In this document: positions 60,079-64,000 of the stretch, in pieces
Layout of the letters: the number at the start of each line of letters is the position of its first letter
How positions within the stretch are numbered: the stretch's first letter is position 1
Source: Candidatus Dormiibacterota bacterium
Lineage (GTDB): Bacteria; Chloroflexota; Dormibacteria; DASZGP01
Length of the DNA: 64,000 nucleotides
Direction: 5' to 3'
Assembly: GCA_036824145.1 (NCBI GenBank)
Contig: DAITAT010000002.1
Location: forward strand, 929 to 64,928
Notes under the pieces: model-generated
What the model was told of the DNA's origin: nothing
The model's input: only the letters and a program-made list of their open reading frames with translations
Database searches by the model: none
Position numbers and translations under genes: made by a program

Positions 60079-61157
60079 CAGCCCGCCCCCAGAGCCCGGC
60101 CGATGAAATGCTCCGCCATGTCGCGGTTGACGCGGTGCCCGGGCACCGCATGGCCGAGCCGGTCCAGCAGCACCCACGGGGTGACGCCCGCGCGGGCCTT
60201 CTTGTCCCTGGAGATGACCGCCATCACGTCGCCGACGGAGGCAGCCTTGGGGGCTCGTTGCGGCAGTTTGTACGACTCCAACAGCGCCCCCTGGCGCTCG
60301 ACCACATCGACGGGGGTCACCCCCAACTCGGCGCCGATCTCACCCGCGACCGCCATGCCGATGCTGATGGCCTCCCCGTGGGTGAAGCGCGCATAACCGG
60401 TGGCGGCCTCCAGCGCGTGCCCCAGCGTGTGGCCGTAGTTGAGGATCGCCCGCTCGCCCGTCTCCTGCTCGTCGCGCGAGACCACGCCCGCCTTGATGGC
60501 GCAGCAGATCGTGACCACGTCAGTGAGCAAATCGATGTTCCTTTGAAGCACTTTTTCGCGATTGGCAAGGAGCGAGTCGTACAACTGTTCGTCCGCAATC
60601 ATAGAGTACTTGAGCACTTCGGCCAGCCCGCTCCGGAACTCGCGGCCGGGCAGCCCGGAGAGCAGGTCGGGGTCGATGAAAACCTCCACCGGGGGCTTGA
60701 AAGCGCCGACCAGGTTCTTGCCCGCCTTCAGGTTCACCGCCGCCTTACCGCCGATGGCGCTGTCCACCATCGCGAGCAGCGTGGTGGGGACCTGCAGCAA
60801 CCGGATTCCGCGCATGTAGGTGGCGGCCACGACCCCGGCCAGGTCGCCCACCACGCCCCCGCCCACCGCCACTATCAGGGAGCCGCGATCGAGGCCCGTG
60901 ACGGCCGCCGCCGAGCAGGCCTTCTCGACCCACCTCAGGCTCTTGCTGGTTTCCCCTGGGGGGATCCGGAGCAGCGGCCGGGCGGCCTGGAGGGCCAGGC
61001 CCCGAGGCAGCAACTTGGCGGTGTTCTGGTCCGCGATGATCAGCACCTTCGAGCCGCCCGCGAGCTCGTCGATCCGGGCGCCGAGCCGGGCCAGGCTCCC
61101 CCCCTCGATCGCGATCGGGTACGCCCCGGAGGCGGCGCTGACCGTGAGCTCAGGCAT
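60078..61157 (-). CDS. aroB: 3-dehydroquinate synthase
   Basis: 359-aa ORF with GGGVVGDLAG, DSAIGGK and LNYGHTLGHALE. Confidence 0.9.
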   Translation of the reverse strand: MPELTVSAASGAYPIAIEGGSLARLGARIDELAGGSKVLIIADQNTAKLLPRGLALQAARPLLRIPPGETSKSLRWVEKACSAAAVTGLDRGSLIVAVGGGVVGDLAGVVAATYMRGIRLLQVPTTLLAMVDSAIGGKAAVNLKAGKNLVGAFKPPVEVFIDPDLLSGLPGREFRSGLAEVLKYSMIADEQLYDSLLANREKVLQRNIDLLTDVVTICCAIKAGVVSRDEQETGERAILNYGHTLGHALEAATGYARFTHGEAISIGMAVAGEIGAELGVTPVDVVERQGALLESYKLPQRAPKAASVGDVMAVISRDKKARAGVTPWVLLDRLGHAVPGHRVNRDMAEHFIGRALGAG

Positions 61158-61704
61158 CGGCGGTCGCGCTCCCGATGCCGGCGCCTCGAGCCAGCTCGGC
61201 TACTTCCACCGCGACGGCCTCGATCGAGCGCCCGGTGGTGTCGAGCTGGACCACAGCCTCGGAGTAGCGGCTCTCGCGGGCGGCCGCCAGGGTAAGCAGC
61301 TTCTGCTGCAGCTCCGGCTGGTCTTTTAGCCGCCCCGCGCCGGCAAGCGGCCGCGCCTCGCCATCGCCAAGCCGTTCCAGGGTCGCCTCTTCCGACGCCC
61401 GCAGCCGGACCACCAGGTTGCCGTCCTGGATCAGCGCCCAGTTGCGGTCGTCCATCACCGCGCCACCGCCGACGGCAACCACGCTGCCGCCATCGGCCAG
61501 CGCTCGAGCCAGCGCCGCCGACTCGAAGTTCCGAAAGCGCGCCTCACCCTGCTGCTCGAAGATCGCCTCGATGGATTGGCCCGTCATCTCCTCGATGCGC
61601 TCATCGAGATCGATGAAATCAACCCCCTGGGCGGCGGCGACCAGGCGGCCGACGCTCGACTTGCCGCTGCCCATGAATCCGACCAGGACCAGGTTCTTGG
61701 CCAC
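61150..61704 (-). CDS. aroK: Shikimate kinase
   Basis: 184-aa ORF with Walker A LVGFMGSGKSSVGR. Confidence 0.9.
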   Translation of the reverse strand: MAKNLVLVGFMGSGKSSVGRLVAAAQGVDFIDLDERIEEMTGQSIEAIFEQQGEARFRNFESAALARALADGGSVVAVGGGAVMDDRNWALIQDGNLVVRLRASEEATLERLGDGEARPLAGAGRLKDQPELQQKLLTLAAARESRYSEAVVQLDTTGRSIEAVAVEVAELARGAGIGSATADA

Positions 61705-61707
61705 GCC

Positions 61708-62850
61708 TCAGCGGGCTGAGCGCAGGAATGCGTTCAGGTTGCGCCGCATCTCTTTGATGGAATCGCCGCCGGTCTTGGCCTGCAGCGCCCCGGCCAGCGT
61801 CAGCGCCACCATCGCCTCCCCGATCACCCCGGCAGCCGCCACCACGCAGATGTCGCTGCGCTCGTAGTGGGCCTGGATCTCCTTCTTGGTGGCGATGTCC
61901 ACTGATGTCAGCGGCTTCTTCAGCGTCGAGATCGGCTTGAGGTAGCCGCTGACCACCACTGGCATGCCGTCGGTGACACCCCCGGTGAGGCCACCCTGGC
62001 GGTTGGTCAGGTGGTAGAAGCCCCTGGCCTTGCTGTAGCGCGGCTGGTCGTGGACCTGCGAGCCGGGCAGCGAAGCCGCCGCCACGCCCGCGCCCAACTC
62101 CGCCGCCTTGACCGCCGGCACGCTGACAATGGCCTGGGCGAGCAGCCCGTCGAGGCGCCGGTCCCACTGCGCGTAAGTGCCGAGGCCGACCGGTACCCCG
62201 CTGGCGACGACGGTGAAGACGCCGCCCAGGGTGTCACCGTCCTTGCGGGCGCGGTCGATGGCGCGGATCATCTTGGCCTCGGCGACGGGGTCGGGAGTGC
62301 GCACCGGGGAAGCCTCCACCTTCTCCCAGTCGATGACTTCGGGCACTTGCGCCTCCACCTTGCCGACGCGCGATACGTAGCTGTGGATCTCGATCCCGAA
62401 CGTGCGCAGCAGCTGTTTGGCCACGCCACCGGCGGCGACGCGACTGGTTGTCTCCCGCGCCGAGGCCCGCTCGAGGACGTTGCGGACGTCGTCGAAGCCG
62501 TACTTGAGGGCGCCGGCGAGGTCGGCGTGGCCGGGTCGGACCCGGGTTACCTTGGTCGGCGGGAACCCGGTGGGCGCCGGCGACATCGTCTTCTCCCAGT
62601 TGGGGAAATCGCGGTTGACGAGGACCATCGCGATCGGCGTCCCCAGGCTCCGGCCGAGGCGGACGCCGCCCACGATCTCCACCTCATCTCGCTCGATCTG
62701 CTGCCGCCCGCCCCTGCCGTAGCCGCCCTGGCGCCGGCGCAGGTCGGTGTTGATATCTGCGGCGCGCAGCCGCATCCCCGCCGGCAGGCCGTCGACGATG
62801 ACCACCAGGCGCGGACCGTGGGACTCCCCCGCGGTGAGGAACCGAATCAC
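61708..62850 (-). CDS. aroC: Chorismate synthase
   Basis: 380-aa ORF with GTG start. It carries IRFLTAGESHGP, RRQGGYGRGGRQ and RSDICVVAAAG. Confidence 0.95.
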   Translation of the reverse strand: MIRFLTAGESHGPRLVVIVDGLPAGMRLRAADINTDLRRRQGGYGRGGRQQIERDEVEIVGGVRLGRSLGTPIAMVLVNRDFPNWEKTMSPAPTGFPPTKVTRVRPGHADLAGALKYGFDDVRNVLERASARETTSRVAAGGVAKQLLRTFGIEIHSYVSRVGKVEAQVPEVIDWEKVEASPVRTPDPVAEAKMIRAIDRARKDGDTLGGVFTVVASGVPVGLGTYAQWDRRLDGLLAQAIVSVPAVKAAELGAGVAAASLPGSQVHDQPRYSKARGFYHLTNRQGGLTGGVTDGMPVVVSGYLKPISTLKKPLTSVDIATKKEIQAHYERSDICVVAAAGVIGEAMVALTLAGALQAKTGGDSIKEMRRNLNAFLRSAR

Positions 62851-63353
62851 GTCGCGGCGCCGGGAGGGGCGTTGGGACCGTGAAGCTGCTCGAAGAGGAT
62901 GTTTCGGAAACGCTCGGGATCGGGCACATAGGTGAAGATCTCGGCGCCGTCCTTGCCCGCGGATTCGATCTCCACGTCGCCGAAATCAAAGAGCCGGCCA
63001 AAGACGCTTTGAGACGTGCTCACATCCTGGACGCGGGCTATCCCAATCGAACGGGTGAACTTACCCAGTACGCCCCGCCGCTGCAGGATGCGCTGGTCTG
63101 TGATGGTGTACGTCACCGAGCGCCAGATGATGTATCGGACGTCGAGGTAGACGAACAGCCCCAGCAACATCGCCAGCACAATGAACCAGCGGAGATCTCG
63201 CAGCGTCCCGCTGAATTTGATCAAAACCAGGACTATCGAGATCGCCAGGTCCACCAGGGTGGGAACCAGCACTTCCTTCACCAGCACCAGGGGGTGGCGG
63301 TTGATGTGCAGCAGCCGGGTCTCCCCGGGAAGTAGATCTTTGTCTTCAGCCAT
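62847..63353 (-). CDS. Membrane-anchored bacterial PH domain protein (bPH_2/YdbS-like)
   Basis: 168-aa ORF with two TM segments followed by YTITDQRILQRRGVLGKFTRSIGIARVQDV. It is the first gene of the long overlapping chain. Confidence 0.7.
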   Translation of the reverse strand: MAEDKDLLPGETRLLHINRHPLVLVKEVLVPTLVDLAISIVLVLIKFSGTLRDLRWFIVLAMLLGLFVYLDVRYIIWRSVTYTITDQRILQRRGVLGKFTRSIGIARVQDVSTSQSVFGRLFDFGDVEIESAGKDGAEIFTYVPDPERFRNILFEQLHGPNAPPGAAT

Positions 63354-63359
63354 GGCTGA

Positions 63360-63365
63360 ATCTTA
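63360..63365 (-). promoter_or_regulatory. Candidate -10 box TAAGAT, 6 nt upstream of the PH-domain gene ATG (leaderless-type arrangement)
   Basis: Minus strand reads TAAGAT-TCAGCC-ATG with no SD. Confidence 0.45.
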
Positions 63366-63392
63366 AGCGGCGCCCCGGTGCGGGCGTGCTGA

Positions 63393-63962
63393 TCAGCAGC
63401 TGGCCGGGCCCAGCAGGCCGCAGGGCAAAAGCACGGCCGCCGCGCCGCCGAGGCAAAGAAACGGCCCGTAGGGGATGAAGTCGCGCATCCCGCGCACCCG
63501 CGAAATCAGCAAGAATGCCGCCGCCACGCCGCCGACGATGATGCCGTAGATGAGGGCCCGGATGATCGGCGAGGTCGGGATCGGCAGAAACCCGAGTGTG
63601 GCGCCCAGCAAGAACGTGAGCTTGGCGTCACCAAGGCCGACGCCGCCACGACTGATGATCACAAAGACGAAAAAGATTCCTCCTCCGAGCGCCGCCCCCA
63701 GCAGGGCCGAGTCCAGCTTTCCCAGCCCGTTGTCGCCCTGGAGCAGAGGATTCACCGGCGAGGTCAGCAGCGCCAGCGCGATCGACGGGTAGATGACCTT
63801 GTTGAGGATCAGGCGATGGCGCGCGTCGAAGACGAAGACCTGGACCAGGACCACCAGCAGCAGCGCCGCCGCGAGCGAGCGCGGGTTGACGCCGAAGCGG
63901 AAGCAGAGAAAGCCCAGCGCCGCCGCATCCAGCACCGGGGCCCAGAAACGCTCGCCGGGCAA
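63393..63962 (-). CDS. Prepilin peptidase (peptidase A24); possibly N-terminally incomplete in this window
   Basis: 189-aa ORF from TTG 63962. It is polytopic, with two Asp contexts (VFVFDARHRLI, GVGLGDAKL). The same frame stays open to position 64000, so the true start may lie outside the window. Confidence 0.7.
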   Translation of the reverse strand: MPGERFWAPVLDAAALGFLCFRFGVNPRSLAAALLLVVLVQVFVFDARHRLILNKVIYPSIALALLTSPVNPLLQGDNGLGKLDSALLGAALGGGIFFVFVIISRGGVGLGDAKLTFLLGATLGFLPIPTSPIIRALIYGIIVGGVAAAFLLISRVRGMRDFIPYGPFLCLGGAAAVLLPCGLLGPASC

Positions 63963-64000
63963 GGGCGGTTCGGTCGCCTCCTCTTCGCCCCGGCCAAGCC

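Overview
This is a high-GC (about two-thirds G+C by eye) bacterial chromosomal core region. I can support 70 protein-coding genes, one tRNA-Val(GAC) and a small set of cis elements. 68 of the 70 CDS are on the minus strand; the exceptions are 4945..5424 and 25395..27452. The content is almost entirely housekeeping. It includes rnj-udg-dapA-asd-dapB, pnp-rpsO, and the ribF-truB-nrnA-rbfA-infB-ylxR-nusA-rimP block. It also includes secFD-tgt-queA-ruvBAC-yebC-tyrS, a class A PBP, and infC-rpmI-rplT-pheST-cvpA-mpg with thrS. A short accessory-looking stretch holds a Zn-ribbon ORF, a D-Ala-D-Ala carboxypeptidase, an ABC-2 exporter and a DinB protein, headed by tRNA-Val. From 39.6 to 63.4 kb a single chain runs MFS-rsmA-tatD-metG-rsmI-nadE-nit-dinG-phoH2-plsC-cmk-rluB-scpBA-HD-nadK-tlyA-DUF212-xseBA-nusB-asp23-efp-aroQBKC-PH. 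The block order resembles actinobacterial-type synteny; this is inference from remembered gene orders, not a search. I see no CRISPR array, transposase, integrase, prophage or recognisable defence island, and no convincing novel multi-gene system. The observations worth a second look concern expression architecture. (1) A TANNNT box recurs 6-9 nt upstream of SD-less start codons at operon heads, suggesting leaderless mRNAs, including a 5-codon leaderless mini-ORF coupled by ATGA to the next gene. (2) Stop/start overlaps are very dense and use all four NTGA forms. Three genes (tgt, truB, DUF212) have conserved N-termini that can only be encoded from a CTG start. (3) infC has an ATC start behind a terminator-containing leader. 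(4) A hairpin buries the SD and AUG of pnp. (5) The glutamine-dependent NAD synthetase is split out of frame. (6) EF-P has Arg at the loop tip in an unusual context. (7) A roughly 600-bp compositionally atypical patch at 35.2-35.9 kb carries short repeats. Many long ORFs in the track are antisense or alternate-frame artefacts of high GC and were rejected.
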